A stretch of 40,411 nt of DNA from a virus (lineage: Duplodnaviria; Caudoviricetes). Shown one piece after another: positions 17,896-27,730 of this stretch. The translations under genes and the position numbers were made by a program. The notes under the pieces were generated by a model. The model worked only from the letters and a program-made list of their open reading frames with translations. It was not told the DNA's origin and did no database searches. The first letter of the stretch is position 1; each line of letters begins with the position of its first letter. Location: IMG/VR virus record IMGVR_UViG_3300045947_000123, positions 1 to 40,411 of that record; one strand, written 5' to 3'.

Positions 17896-19683
17896 TCATC
17901 CCTTCTTCGGTGGGCGGATGCCCGGTTGCGGCGGCGGACCCGTGGGGTTGCCGGGCGGGCCTTGCCACCACCGCCAGATCGGCTCCAGGAGGCCCCCGCC
18001 GCCCGACGACGGCGGTGGCGGCTCCGACTCCGTCGGGCCGGCCGGCTTCTCGGTCTTCTTGAGGATGCGGAAGATCGAGTAATAGAACTCCGCCGTGCGC
18101 TTGCCCAGCTGCCCACGCTCGTACGCCTGCCGCACGTCCTCGTCGGACTTGTACGGCAGGGACTTCAGGAGTGTGTCCATCCGGGCCATCCGGTGCCCGA
18201 TCATCTCGCCCGCGACGAGGAGGGGATCGAGGGACGTATCCGCACGCACGCGCGTGAGGAACTCGTTGACGGCGTCGTCCGCCAACATCCCGGTCTTCAC
18301 CGCTGTCTCGTCGCCCTGATAGCGGTTGCCCCGCTGGAGGAACGACTCGATCGTGCCCTTGGCCTGCTTGATGTCGTCCTCCCGTTGCTTCTCCGCTTCC
18401 GTCTTCGGGCGTTCCCGTTCCGCTTTCCGGTCCTTCTCCATCTGCAGCTGCAGATTCGACAGCTTGTCGTAGTCCCCCTCGTCCAGCCCGGGCTCCCCGC
18501 GCGTGTTTGCGGCGAAGTAGCCCGCGAGCGTGTGCTGCGTGACCGGCGTGCGATTCGTGAGGATGTCCACCCGCAGCTTGGTGTAGATGGCCCCGTCGGA
18601 CGGGCGCGCCTTCTCCGGCCTGAGATAGCGCTGTTGGTAGGCTTCGTGGAGGGCCAGCAGCTGGGCATGGTTCGTCTCGCCCAGGGCCCGCTTCATCCCA
18701 TTGATCCGGTCCACCATGTCGAGGCCCGCGCCGCCCGTCTTGAAGTTCGTGACGATGTTCGCGCGCTCGTCCATGGCGAGAGCGTCCTGCTGCTCCTTCG
18801 TTTTCCGGTCGTCTTCCGACCGGAGGAAGACCGCATCGGAGCGAAGCGTGCGGACCCGGTTGTCGGTGTACTCGCGTAGCTGCCGCTGTCCGTGCGCGTC
18901 GAGATCGAACGTGTCGCCCGCGTCGAGGCGATCCTGCACGGCGAGCGGATGATCGTGCGCCCAGGTGTAGGCGCGTTCCGTCTTGACCTTGTAAATGGAC
19001 TTCTCGCGGAGCTTGGAGACGTAGTCGTGGGGGTGCAGGCCGCTGTTCGCGGCCTTGAGGAGGCGCGATTCGAGGTCTTCCTCGTGCAGCCGCTGTTGCG
19101 GGAGGGTCAGCTTCGGGTCCGTGGCGAGCGTGCTGAGGCGCGTCACGTCCTGCTCCAGCTGCGCTTGGTGCCGGTTCACGAGCTTCGTGCGCGTGGTATC
19201 CGCGACCTCACCGGACTTCGTGCGGAGCAGCGTCGAGAGCTTGGTCTGCAGGCCCGCGCGCACGTTCGCGTTGGACGCCATCTTCATGGACTCAAGGGTG
19301 CGCTTGTTCCACATCTGGTTGAACGCGGGGCGGAGCGTTTGATCCGTCTCGGACACCTTCAGCCGCTCGAAATCCTCATCCACGTTCACGGTGTGCTCCG
19401 TGTAGAGGCTCTCGATCTCGGCGGCGTCGTTCGCTTCCCGCTTCTTGGCTTCGGCGGCGACGATCAGGGTCGCCACGTCACTACTGACCTTCGTCCCGGT
19501 GGCCGCGAAACGCGCGAGGGCTTCGTACGGGGCCGCGACGGCGTCCGCGTCCATAGCCGGGAGCGGCAACGCGCGCGGCAGATAGCCCGTCTCCACCGCT
19601 GCCGCCGAGGCCGAGGGGAGCCCGCGCGAGAGCGGGATCCGGCTGGGCGCGTCTTCCGGGGGCGTGAGCAGCGAGAAGCGCAT
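17896..19683 (-). CDS. Internal virion protein (gp15-like slot), 595 aa
   Basis: Helical, charged; synteny in the ejection-protein block. Confidence 0.65.
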   Translation of the reverse strand: MRFSLLTPPEDAPSRIPLSRGLPSASAAAVETGYLPRALPLPAMDADAVAAPYEALARFAATGTKVSSDVATLIVAAEAKKREANDAAEIESLYTEHTVNVDEDFERLKVSETDQTLRPAFNQMWNKRTLESMKMASNANVRAGLQTKLSTLLRTKSGEVADTTRTKLVNRHQAQLEQDVTRLSTLATDPKLTLPQQRLHEEDLESRLLKAANSGLHPHDYVSKLREKSIYKVKTERAYTWAHDHPLAVQDRLDAGDTFDLDAHGQRQLREYTDNRVRTLRSDAVFLRSEDDRKTKEQQDALAMDERANIVTNFKTGGAGLDMVDRINGMKRALGETNHAQLLALHEAYQQRYLRPEKARPSDGAIYTKLRVDILTNRTPVTQHTLAGYFAANTRGEPGLDEGDYDKLSNLQLQMEKDRKAERERPKTEAEKQREDDIKQAKGTIESFLQRGNRYQGDETAVKTGMLADDAVNEFLTRVRADTSLDPLLVAGEMIGHRMARMDTLLKSLPYKSDEDVRQAYERGQLGKRTAEFYYSIFRILKKTEKPAGPTESEPPPPSSGGGGLLEPIWRWWQGPPGNPTGPPPQPGIRPPKKG

Positions 19684-20486
19684 CAGGCCGTCCGTCCGTA
19701 CCGCAGAAACGGCGAGGCGGCGGCGGACGCGCCCCCGAGGAGCGAGGTGCCGACGTTGTACATGCCCGCCGTCCGCACGTTCCCGGCCTGCATCGAGAGC
19801 ATGTTCGCTTGGCCGAGCGATGCGGCGGATGCCGCTGCGCCACCGAACCGACGCAGCTGGAGTTCTTGCCGCAGGGCATCGGCCCGCATGCGGCCCTCCG
19901 CCGCCGCGAACGCCCCGCCTGCCTTCGCGCCCGCCACGTCGAGCGCGGTCTGGTAGTCGTTCACGCTGAGTTCCTGGCCGACGGTGTCGGCGTTCTCCAT
20001 CAGCACGAGCAGGGGGGAACCCGTCGTGTCCACGCCACTCTTGCCGATCGCGGCGCGCACGTCACTCTGCGTCCGGTCGTATGCCCGGCGGATCGCGGCC
20101 TCGCGGATCTCCCCGGCGGTCTGGGCGGCGCGCGCCTGCTGCGTCGCCAGCTGTTCCTCCGCCTCCGCCATCGTCAGGATCCCCGCCGCCTGCCGCTCCA
20201 TCATCTGGACTTCCAGGTCGGACAGCTGCTGCTGATAGGCGGCTTGCTGCTGCTGGAGCGCGGCGTTGTACTCCAACGCGCCGGCCTGCGCCTGCGAGGA
20301 GGCATAGGCGCTGTACGCGCCGATGGCGGCGGACATCAAGGCCGCGACGCCGGCCACGATGGCGACGACGCCCGCGCCTTCGTAGTGTCGGGCGCTCGCG
20401 GGCGGCAGCGGGAAGTCCGGCGGACTCAGCCGCAGCCGCGCCACGAGATCGCGCCGACACCGAGGGCACCCGACCTCGCGCCTCAT
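19683..20486 (-). CDS. Internal virion protein (gp14-like), Ala/Gln/Gly-rich
   Basis: Hydrophobic N-segment, QQQQAAYQQQ, GKSGVDTTGSPL motif; ATGA coupling. Confidence 0.7.
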   Translation of the reverse strand: MRREVGCPRCRRDLVARLRLSPPDFPLPPASARHYEGAGVVAIVAGVAALMSAAIGAYSAYASSQAQAGALEYNAALQQQQAAYQQQLSDLEVQMMERQAAGILTMAEAEEQLATQQARAAQTAGEIREAAIRRAYDRTQSDVRAAIGKSGVDTTGSPLLVLMENADTVGQELSVNDYQTALDVAGAKAGGAFAAAEGRMRADALRQELQLRRFGGAAASAASLGQANMLSMQAGNVRTAGMYNVGTSLLGGASAAASPFLRYGRTA

Positions 20487-20989
20487 GGCTCGCGCACCCA
20501 GACGTAGCGGATGTAGTCCTCCCCCTGGGGCCCGTACGCGCGCACCACCCCGCACTGCGGGCAGGGGGGATCGCAGCAGCCGTCGCGCCGGAACTCCAAC
20601 CACTCCGCGAAGCGCTGGCCAACGCGGAAGGAGGCGTCCACGAGGAACTCTACGCGCCGGGGCTGGTACTCCGTGATGAGGGCGCGGAGCTTGTCGAGCA
20701 GGAGCTTGATCGCCGTGAGCGGGTAGCGCGCGAGGTGCGGCGACGGCAGTAACCACGCGATGGCGAGCGAGCCGGAGGGCCACGGGAACATGAGGCCCGC
20801 GCAGCCGATGATCTGCTCCTCGATCCGCAGGGTCCAGCCCGGGCCCTTCGCCTCGTACAGGCGGAAGTTCTCCAGGGTATCGACGCCGGTCAGTGACCGG
20901 ATGGCTTGCCGCGTCAGTTCCATCGCGTAGGCGTCCTCCGCCCGAAACGGCGACAGGACGATGGTCGGGGTCTCAGTACTCAGCGACAT
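20483..20989 (-). CDS. GNAT-fold virion-associated protein (T7 gp13-like slot)
   Basis: IIGCAGL..AIAWLL..RFAEWLEFRRDG; directly downstream of tail tubular B. Confidence 0.6.
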   Translation of the reverse strand: MSLSTETPTIVLSPFRAEDAYAMELTRQAIRSLTGVDTLENFRLYEAKGPGWTLRIEEQIIGCAGLMFPWPSGSLAIAWLLPSPHLARYPLTAIKLLLDKLRALITEYQPRRVEFLVDASFRVGQRFAEWLEFRRDGCCDPPCPQCGVVRAYGPQGEDYIRYVWVREP

Positions 20990-23555
20990 CGGTGATCCCG
21001 AACAGGCCGAGCAGGGTGGCCGGGAAGGGGAGCGCTTGGACGACGATGTTGCGCGCCTCCGTGTCCCAGCCGAGCTTGGAGCTTTCGTAGTCGCCCGTGA
21101 ACAGGCCCGGCGGCGAGCCGAGCAGATCGACCGAGCGCCGCGCCGGTTGCTGGTAGCCGTTGATGCGGATCCCCATGGTGTCGATCGCGCGGATGCAGAC
21201 GCGCGGCTGGCGCTTCTTCTGCCCCTGGCTGGATCCCGAGGGGCCGGGCACCTCCGCCCGGAGCGTTTCGAACGTCGAGGTGTACGGCAGGCCGACCTCG
21301 ACCACCGACGCCGCCGGACTGATCACCACTTGCGCCGGGCCGACCGTCGGGATCGTCTGCTCCCCGTAGTACGCGCCGTCGCCCACGATGGCGACGACAT
21401 GGCCCCGGAGATGATCGAGCCCCGCAAAGGTGGTGGCGGGCGCGGCATTGTAGGTCAGGCCGCTATCGACGTTGAGGGCCCCGTAGTACCCGCCGCTGTC
21501 GTCCAGATACTCGATGTACCGGACGACGGTGCCGTTGACGGTGCGCTTCACGGACACCCAGACTTCCTCGCGATCCCCGTCGGGATGCGGAATCACGGCG
21601 ACGGACTCCACGATGCCGCTCCCGCCGATGGGATGCCGGTGCCAGCCGACCACGTCGTTACTGCGGTCGTACGAGAGCGCGCAGAGCAAGCCGTCACTGC
21701 GGACCACCCAGAGGAGAGGATCCGGCTCTCCCTGGAAGTCCATCTCCTCCATGACCTTGCCGCGCGGGAAGATGTGTTCCGCCAGCACGGTGAGGTCCGG
21801 CGCGACGTACGCATCGAAGTCCATCGAGAAGGCCAGCTCACGGAGCTTCCGACCGGACCGCTGGCAGAAGAGGATCGCGGAGCCGACCCGCACGGGGTTC
21901 ACGAAGTTAGACCCGTAGACCGTCTCGGACTTCGCGTCCACGTTGGTCGGCGTAATCGGAAGGTCCGCGCCGCCGGTCACACGGAACTCGCCGCCCTTGG
22001 TGCCGACGAGCAGGACGCGACTGGGCAACAGCCAGCGTCCGATGTTCACCTTGTTCGCGGCGATGGAGAATTCATAGGCGTCCCCCGACGCCGTCCCGAC
22101 CCCAAAGTTTTCGAAGTCGCCGCTCGCGCTCCCCCAGATCGTCTGGGGTTGCGCCGTCGTGGCCGCGAACACGAGCCGCCCCTCGTGGAAGGTGACCGCC
22201 GCCGGATACCCGCGCGTCGCGGACCACGCCGCGACCTCCAGCGTCCACGTCCCCGCCGCCGCTGCGGTGACATCGGACAGCACTTTCACGATCTCGCCCG
22301 CCACCACGGTCGAGGAGGTGAACCCGCTGATCTTCACGATGCCGTCGTTCAGCTTGACGTACTTCCCCACGTCCGTGCTGCGCCAGCCCGCGATACTGAG
22401 GGTGAGCGTGACCGCCGCCCCGACGGGTTCCTTCTTGTTGGCGGTACACGTCCCGGCGTTGGGCGAGCCGTTCAGGCCCCAGCTTTGGGACGGGATCGGA
22501 TTCGTGTTGGGGAAGGGATCGAGAATGTCCGCCGTCACCTGGGTCGGCGAAACGACCGTCTGGATGACCGCGCGACTCGCCCCAACGATGATGTGCCGGT
22601 CCACATCGCCCGCGAGGAACACGCCCGCGCTCGCCGTGAACGTCACGCCCGACCCACTGGTCGCGCCGGGCGTGAGTGTCGCCACGGGTTTCAGCTGCTC
22701 TTCCGCCGTCGGCGGTGGCAGGAAGACCACTTCGGTCAGCGTCCAGCTGGTGTGCCCCGTCCGCGTGATCTTGCGCGGCGCGTATGCGGGATGGGCGAGA
22801 TACATCACGTCCGCCGACTGCACCCACTTCAACCGGGGCAGATCGGCCACGAGGTACGGGGACGCGATCTCGTAGGGGGGCTGGAGACTCACATCATCGA
22901 GGTCCGCTGTCGCCGCGCCCGCCTTGTACCACTGCGGGTAGTAGCTCGTCCCTGGCACTGTGAACGTGACGCTGTGCGTGCCCACGGCATACGCGCTGTC
23001 ACTGAGAATCTCCCCGCCGCCCACGGTGGTCCCGATGCGGAACGTCAGCGGTGAGACGGACACGGTGAAGGTGATCGTCCGTGTTTGCCCCGCACTGCTC
23101 GTGGTGAACGCCGCGCCGCTGTTGGGACTGAGCCCCGCGAACGCCGTGCCGCCAAAGAGTCGCGCCTTCCCGGCGTTCCACGTCGCGGTTCCGGTTCCGG
23201 CGACGAACGGTGACCAGTTACTCAGATCGGTCGCGAACGTCCCGTTGAGGATCTGCTCCGTCACGATCTGCCCGTGGTTCATGAAGAACCGGATGTACTG
23301 GTTTCCGCACGCCAGCACATAGGCCTGTGTGTCGGAGAATTCGAACGGGATCAGGCGGACCCGATGCCCGGCCGTCCGCGTCGTCGCGACGTAGTGCGTC
23401 CCGGGCCGGCGCGTGATTGCGCCGTGCGGGAGTGCGACGAAGTTCTCCAGCGTCTTGCACGCATTCCCGTAGCGCTGGATGTCCACCCGACCATCGAGAC
23501 GTGGGCTGAATTCGCCCGCCGTGACCGCCGCCTGGAACGGACGCGCGCGCGGCAT
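20973..23555 (-). CDS. Tail tubular protein B (nozzle)
   Basis: AGEFSPRLDGRVD..ENF..PHGAITRRPGT, VQSADV, GYPAAVTFHEGRL, VGLPY. Confidence 0.92.
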   Translation of the reverse strand: MPRARPFQAAVTAGEFSPRLDGRVDIQRYGNACKTLENFVALPHGAITRRPGTHYVATTRTAGHRVRLIPFEFSDTQAYVLACGNQYIRFFMNHGQIVTEQILNGTFATDLSNWSPFVAGTGTATWNAGKARLFGGTAFAGLSPNSGAAFTTSSAGQTRTITFTVSVSPLTFRIGTTVGGGEILSDSAYAVGTHSVTFTVPGTSYYPQWYKAGAATADLDDVSLQPPYEIASPYLVADLPRLKWVQSADVMYLAHPAYAPRKITRTGHTSWTLTEVVFLPPPTAEEQLKPVATLTPGATSGSGVTFTASAGVFLAGDVDRHIIVGASRAVIQTVVSPTQVTADILDPFPNTNPIPSQSWGLNGSPNAGTCTANKKEPVGAAVTLTLSIAGWRSTDVGKYVKLNDGIVKISGFTSSTVVAGEIVKVLSDVTAAAAGTWTLEVAAWSATRGYPAAVTFHEGRLVFAATTAQPQTIWGSASGDFENFGVGTASGDAYEFSIAANKVNIGRWLLPSRVLLVGTKGGEFRVTGGADLPITPTNVDAKSETVYGSNFVNPVRVGSAILFCQRSGRKLRELAFSMDFDAYVAPDLTVLAEHIFPRGKVMEEMDFQGEPDPLLWVVRSDGLLCALSYDRSNDVVGWHRHPIGGSGIVESVAVIPHPDGDREEVWVSVKRTVNGTVVRYIEYLDDSGGYYGALNVDSGLTYNAAPATTFAGLDHLRGHVVAIVGDGAYYGEQTIPTVGPAQVVISPAASVVEVGLPYTSTFETLRAEVPGPSGSSQGQKKRQPRVCIRAIDTMGIRINGYQQPARRSVDLLGSPPGLFTGDYESSKLGWDTEARNIVVQALPFPATLLGLFGITDVAEY

Positions 23556-23559
23556 GCCG

Positions 23560-24750
23560 TCAGCGCACGTCGATCAGCTGCGTGTCGGTGACCACGTCCG
23601 GCGTGCCCTCCATGCCGTCCGTGCTCTTCGCCCCGTCGATCTTGAGGACGTACCCCTGGAGCAGCTGGCCCCGGAGGGTCGGCGTGTTCGTGATCGGCAT
23701 CGCCAACTCGGACGCGAGCCGCTCGACCACGGCATCGAGGAACTGCACGTCCCACTGCAGGGGATCCGCGATCCGCGCGATGTACTCGATGTTCACGCTC
23801 TCGGCATTCGTGAGGATCTCCCGTCCCTGGATCTCCCAGCGCTCCGCGTCGCCCAACTCGGGCGCTTCCGTGCTGACGCGGATGATGCGAAGGCAGTACG
23901 GGTCCGTCGGCAGCTGGAAGCGATGGGCATACCGCCAGATGGGAGCCCCGGCGAGTTCCGCGAGCGTGGCTTGCCGCACGGCAAAGCGCCACTTGTGGTC
24001 CCGCAGGACGGCATCGATGACGCGCGGGTACAGGAGCTTGACGACGCGCGCGTGCGCCGAATCGTCCTCGAACGTGGTGATCTGCTGATCGCCCAGCTTG
24101 ACCAGGGCCAGGTTCGCCACGTCCACCTGGGACGGCACGCTCGTGGGATGGACGGGCTGCGCGAGGGTGTGCCCCGCGAGATCCGTCTGGAGGATCTGGA
24201 ACGTGGTCGTGGCGTCCGGCATGACTTCCCAGGCCGGCGACACCGTCGCGACGCGCGTGGTCCCCGCGTAGTCGATGATGACCCGGGCTTGGTTATCTCG
24301 CGCGCCGGCCCCGCCGCCGCCGCCCGTCCCGCCGGTCGTCTTGATGACGCAGCCGTTGTAGTAGTCGTCCAGGTTGACCGCCGCGCTGTCGAGGGTGACC
24401 GCGCTCGCCGCGCCCGCCGCCGCCGTGGCACTGCGGAGGATCGGCAGGACGCGCGGCTGAAGAGCGAGCAACGTCGCCTTCGGTCCGCTCGCGACCTTCG
24501 CCGCCAGGAACACGAGCGCGGCGTCCAGTTCATCCCCGGTCAGCGTCAGATACGCGGAGCCGTTCGCCCCCGTGATGACGGACACCTCTTCGACACAGTC
24601 CGCGTACGCACCGCCGTCCTTGCTGATCTCCGTGTCCGGCGTCGTCGGGTCCGTCGGATCGCCGTCCGCATCGAGGTACGGGACCGGCACCGTGAAGCGA
24701 CAGCCTCGGATCGGATACGGGAGCGCGGCGTGCCCGGGATGATTCGCCAC
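23560..24750 (-). CDS. Tail tubular protein A (adaptor) with N-terminal extension
   Basis: C-terminal half VDVANLALVKLG..VLRDHKWRFA..FQLPTDPYCLRI..FLDAVVERLASELA. Confidence 0.85.
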   Translation of the reverse strand: MANHPGHAALPYPIRGCRFTVPVPYLDADGDPTDPTTPDTEISKDGGAYADCVEEVSVITGANGSAYLTLTGDELDAALVFLAAKVASGPKATLLALQPRVLPILRSATAAAGAASAVTLDSAAVNLDDYYNGCVIKTTGGTGGGGGAGARDNQARVIIDYAGTTRVATVSPAWEVMPDATTTFQILQTDLAGHTLAQPVHPTSVPSQVDVANLALVKLGDQQITTFEDDSAHARVVKLLYPRVIDAVLRDHKWRFAVRQATLAELAGAPIWRYAHRFQLPTDPYCLRIIRVSTEAPELGDAERWEIQGREILTNAESVNIEYIARIADPLQWDVQFLDAVVERLASELAMPITNTPTLRGQLLQGYVLKIDGAKSTDGMEGTPDVVTDTQLIDVR

Positions 24751-24753
24751 GCG

Positions 24754-25026
24754 CTACAGCCCGTACGCCGTCTCAAGCGCCGCGTAGGAGAACTGCTTCC
24801 AGGAGTAGCCGGCGCCGCCCGTGTTCCCGCCCTTGGCGTTCCCCGGGGCCGTCGTCGTCGTGACGGGCGCGTCGCCGGGATCGGGATCCTTCACGAGGTA
24901 GACGGACGCCGTGGCGTCGTCCGTCGCCTCCGGCTTGAGGATGATCACGGCGACGCGACTCGCGGCGCGCATGAGCGCCTCGCGGCGCGCGACGATCTGG
25001 CTGTAGGTGATCGCGGCCATCGCCAC
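24754..25026 (-). CDS. Hypothetical structural-region protein (90 aa)
   Basis: GGAGG upstream; in the head/tail operon. Confidence 0.7.
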   Translation of the reverse strand: MAMAAITYSQIVARREALMRAASRVAVIILKPEATDDATASVYLVKDPDPGDAPVTTTTAPGNAKGGNTGGAGYSWKQFSYAALETAYGL

Positions 25027-25032
25027 CTCCCC

Positions 25033-25062
25033 GCCCCGGCGGGATGCGTGCCCCGCCGGGGC
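25033..25062. terminator. GC-rich stem-loop
   Basis: gccccggcggg (25033-43) / cccgccggggc (25052-62) perfect stem downstream of the capsid-associated gene; no U-tract. Confidence 0.4.
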
Positions 25063-25078
25063 CCTCTCGTGTTGCCCC

Positions 25079-25555
25079 TTACCCCGCCCGCTGGTAGGCG
25101 AGGCAGAGCATCATCTCGCCCGCCGCCGGGCTGTTCGCGGTATCGATCATCACCTCCACGTCGATGCCGTTCTGCGAGTCGAGATCCAGGTAGCCCACCG
25201 CCGGGAGCGGGAGCGACTGCGCGAGCGCCGCCGCGCCCAGGTCGAGGTTGTCGGCAAAGGCATTGTCGTCCGCGACGACGGGCGTCCCCGCCTCGTTGAC
25301 GTGTGCCGCGTAGCCGACATGGAGGTCGGCGTTGGTCGTGCCCTGCGGACAGACGAGCCGCGAGAAGATCGACCAGACGCGGACCTTCCCCGGGGGCAGG
25401 CGGAACATCTTGGCCGTCCCGACGCCCGCGCCCGTGAAGGTCAGCGAGCCCGAGGAGTAGTGCATCTTGCCGCCCCACTTGTGGGGCGACTGCTTGATGG
25501 GCGGCGTGCTGGTGAACTGCAACCATTCGGCGGAATGCAACGGTGCGAGTGGCAT
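25079..25555 (-). CDS. Putative capsid decoration/cement protein
   Basis: 158 aa, beta-rich, immediately after the major capsid gene. Confidence 0.55.
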   Translation of the reverse strand: MPLAPLHSAEWLQFTSTPPIKQSPHKWGGKMHYSSGSLTFTGAGVGTAKMFRLPPGKVRVWSIFSRLVCPQGTTNADLHVGYAAHVNEAGTPVVADDNAFADNLDLGAAALAQSLPLPAVGYLDLDSQNGIDVEVMIDTANSPAAGEMMLCLAYQRAG

Positions 25556-25619
25556 CGTTCAGTTCCTCATCCCCGCGCCGGGCGGGCTCTGCACCACGCC
25601 CCGGCACGGGATCGCGGAG

Positions 25620-26483
25620 TTAGACGGACTCGTCGTACTCCACCGGGACGACGCCCGCGTTGTCCACGCGCGTCGCGCCAGCGGAGAGCAGGAACCGGAC
25701 CTGGGTCGCGCCGTTCAGGTCGTACCGGGGCTCGATGAAGTGCCGGATCTCGTAGCCGATGGCGAGCGCCATCGCGTCCTTCTGCCACGCGAACCCGGTG
25801 CGGATGTTGCCGGCGAGCGGCAGCAGCGTGCTCCAGATGAACTTCATGCCGAGGAAGGTGTCGATCTGCCCGGCCACGAGCGCGCGCACGCTGTTGAAGT
25901 CCGCGCTCGTCACCTCCGTGGTCGCCAGGAGGTCTTCCTTCCCGATGGGCGAGCCCACGAAGTAGCGGTCCTCCTCGACCACGTCGAGGACATCCAGCAT
26001 GCGGACGGCTTGCCGGAGCTTCGCGACGGTCAGCCCGGTGCCGCCGTGCGCGATGCTGTTGGTGAGGGCACTGGTCGAGGTCGTGTCGTCCTGGGCGACG
26101 AGCACGAGCGGCGCGTTGAACGCCGGGACGATGATCGTGTCCAGCGTCCGGTTCATCGCGTACGCGGCGTTCTTGACGTACTCGTTGGTCGGATCGATCA
26201 GCATCTTGGGCTCGTCCAGCACGTCGGTGACATCGGCCCAGCCGTAGTCCGCGAGCGAGCAGCGGACCCGGGAGTGCTGGCTGTTGACGAGCGGGGTCGG
26301 CGCGTGGCGCGTGGTCAACGCCACGGCGGCGGTCGGCGCGATCCGCTCCCAGTGCGTGGACTTGCCGACCACGCCGTCCCGCACGCGCACCGCTTCGCGC
26401 AGCTTCGAGGGGCGTTGCTGCGCGAGCGAGACGACGTTGTCTTTGTACTGGTGGACAAATGCCACCGGGATTTCGATGGACAT
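25620..26483 (-). CDS. Major capsid protein
   Basis: FVHQY..LAQQRPSKLR, AYAMNRTLDTII, TSADFN..ALVAGQIDTFLGMKFI, GATRVD; BPP-1-like podovirus MCP pattern and synteny. Confidence 0.93.
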   Translation of the reverse strand: MSIEIPVAFVHQYKDNVVSLAQQRPSKLREAVRVRDGVVGKSTHWERIAPTAAVALTTRHAPTPLVNSQHSRVRCSLADYGWADVTDVLDEPKMLIDPTNEYVKNAAYAMNRTLDTIIVPAFNAPLVLVAQDDTTSTSALTNSIAHGGTGLTVAKLRQAVRMLDVLDVVEEDRYFVGSPIGKEDLLATTEVTSADFNSVRALVAGQIDTFLGMKFIWSTLLPLAGNIRTGFAWQKDAMALAIGYEIRHFIEPRYDLNGATQVRFLLSAGATRVDNAGVVPVEYDESV

Positions 26484-26633
26484 GGCGGACACCCCTGTGG
26501 AACAGCGACCGTGAACGGCATCACGGCGGGGTGCCCGCCCAGCGGACCCACCTCACGCCCGTCTCGTGGGCGCTACGACTCCGCGTCCCTTACGGGGACG
26601 ACTCGCCGGACTCGCGGGGCGCGAGGTGCCCGG

Positions 26634-27476
26634 TTAGACGGCGGTGCCGGACACCACCTCATACAGCGCTTGCATCTCGGCCAGCGCATCCCGGTCGCCC
26701 CGGTGATAGGGATGCGTGCGATCGGCGCGGATCTCCGCGATCTTGCGTCGCGCATCGTCGGGGCCCATCGGCCCGCCGTGCTGCGCCGTCGGAATCGCGC
26801 CGTCCTCCTGGTAGTCCTTCCCGAGGCGATGCCAGAACTTCACCATCGCGGGATGATTGTTCAGGCCGGTCTGCTCCAGCAGCTGGAACACCTCCGGCCC
26901 CCCGACCCGCTTGATGGCGCGGCCCGCGATGGCGAGGTTGTGACCGAATGCGCCGCCCCATTCCTTCTTCAGTTCCGTCTCCCCGAACGTGCGGAGCGCA
27001 TCGTGCGCCAAGGCCGGATTCCCGGTCGGGGAGCCGAAATACATGTCCGCCAGTCCCGCGACCTGATCCTGCGTGAGGCCGAGTCGGTGGAACGTGGACT
27101 TCCACTCGCCCAGCCCCTTCTCGTCCGGCGTCAGCCCCTCCGGCATGGACAGGGTGTACTTCTCCGGCGACTCCGGCACGCCGCGCCAGGTGTTGACCTT
27201 CTGTTCGAACGCCGCCTTCTCCTGCGGCGTGGCGTTCTCACCGGGGAAGGCGACGCTCCGGCCCTGGTACTTCTGCAACTCGACGTGGCCGCGCGCGAGT
27301 GCCGCCACGTCCGTGTAGCGGGTGAGACTCTTATCGTCTTTCAGATCCGGCGGCAGGCCATCCCGCCAGGACGCGGGGGCGGCGGGCTTCCCCTCCGACG
27401 GCGGGGCCGTCGTCGTCCCGTTCGCCGTTGTCGCGGGGTCAGGTGTCGTTGTGGTCAGTAACGTCTCCGGCATCAC
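26634..27476 (-). CDS. Capsid scaffolding protein
   Basis: WRDGLP, GVPESPEKY, GLTQDQ, LKKEWG, GLNNHPAMVK; upstream of the MCP. Confidence 0.85.
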   Translation of the reverse strand: MMPETLLTTTTPDPATTANGTTTAPPSEGKPAAPASWRDGLPPDLKDDKSLTRYTDVAALARGHVELQKYQGRSVAFPGENATPQEKAAFEQKVNTWRGVPESPEKYTLSMPEGLTPDEKGLGEWKSTFHRLGLTQDQVAGLADMYFGSPTGNPALAHDALRTFGETELKKEWGGAFGHNLAIAGRAIKRVGGPEVFQLLEQTGLNNHPAMVKFWHRLGKDYQEDGAIPTAQHGGPMGPDDARRKIAEIRADRTHPYHRGDRDALAEMQALYEVVSGTAV

Positions 27477-27730
27477 GCCACCTCGTCCAGTTCCTCGATC
27501 ATCATCGGAGTCTCCGCCATCTTCAGCGCATCGAGGATCTGCTCAAACGGATCCCGCTGCCCGTCCCGAAACGCCGTCGCGTAGGGATCGCCCTCGACGA
27601 AGGACCGCCGACGGCAGAAGCGCTCCACCATCATCGCCAGCCAACGCGCCCCGTCCGGCGACGTGAAGAGGCGATGGATGAGCGCGAGTTCTCCGGCCTG
27701 CTCGCGATTGACGACGAGCGGCTCGCTCAC
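27473..27730 (-). CDS. Bbp19-like small protein
   Basis: LFTSPDG..L...F...S...DPYATAFRDGQR; between portal and scaffold. Confidence 0.75.
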   Translation of the reverse strand: MSEPLVVNREQAGELALIHRLFTSPDGARWLAMMVERFCRRRSFVEGDPYATAFRDGQRDPFEQILDALKMAETPMMIEELDEVA

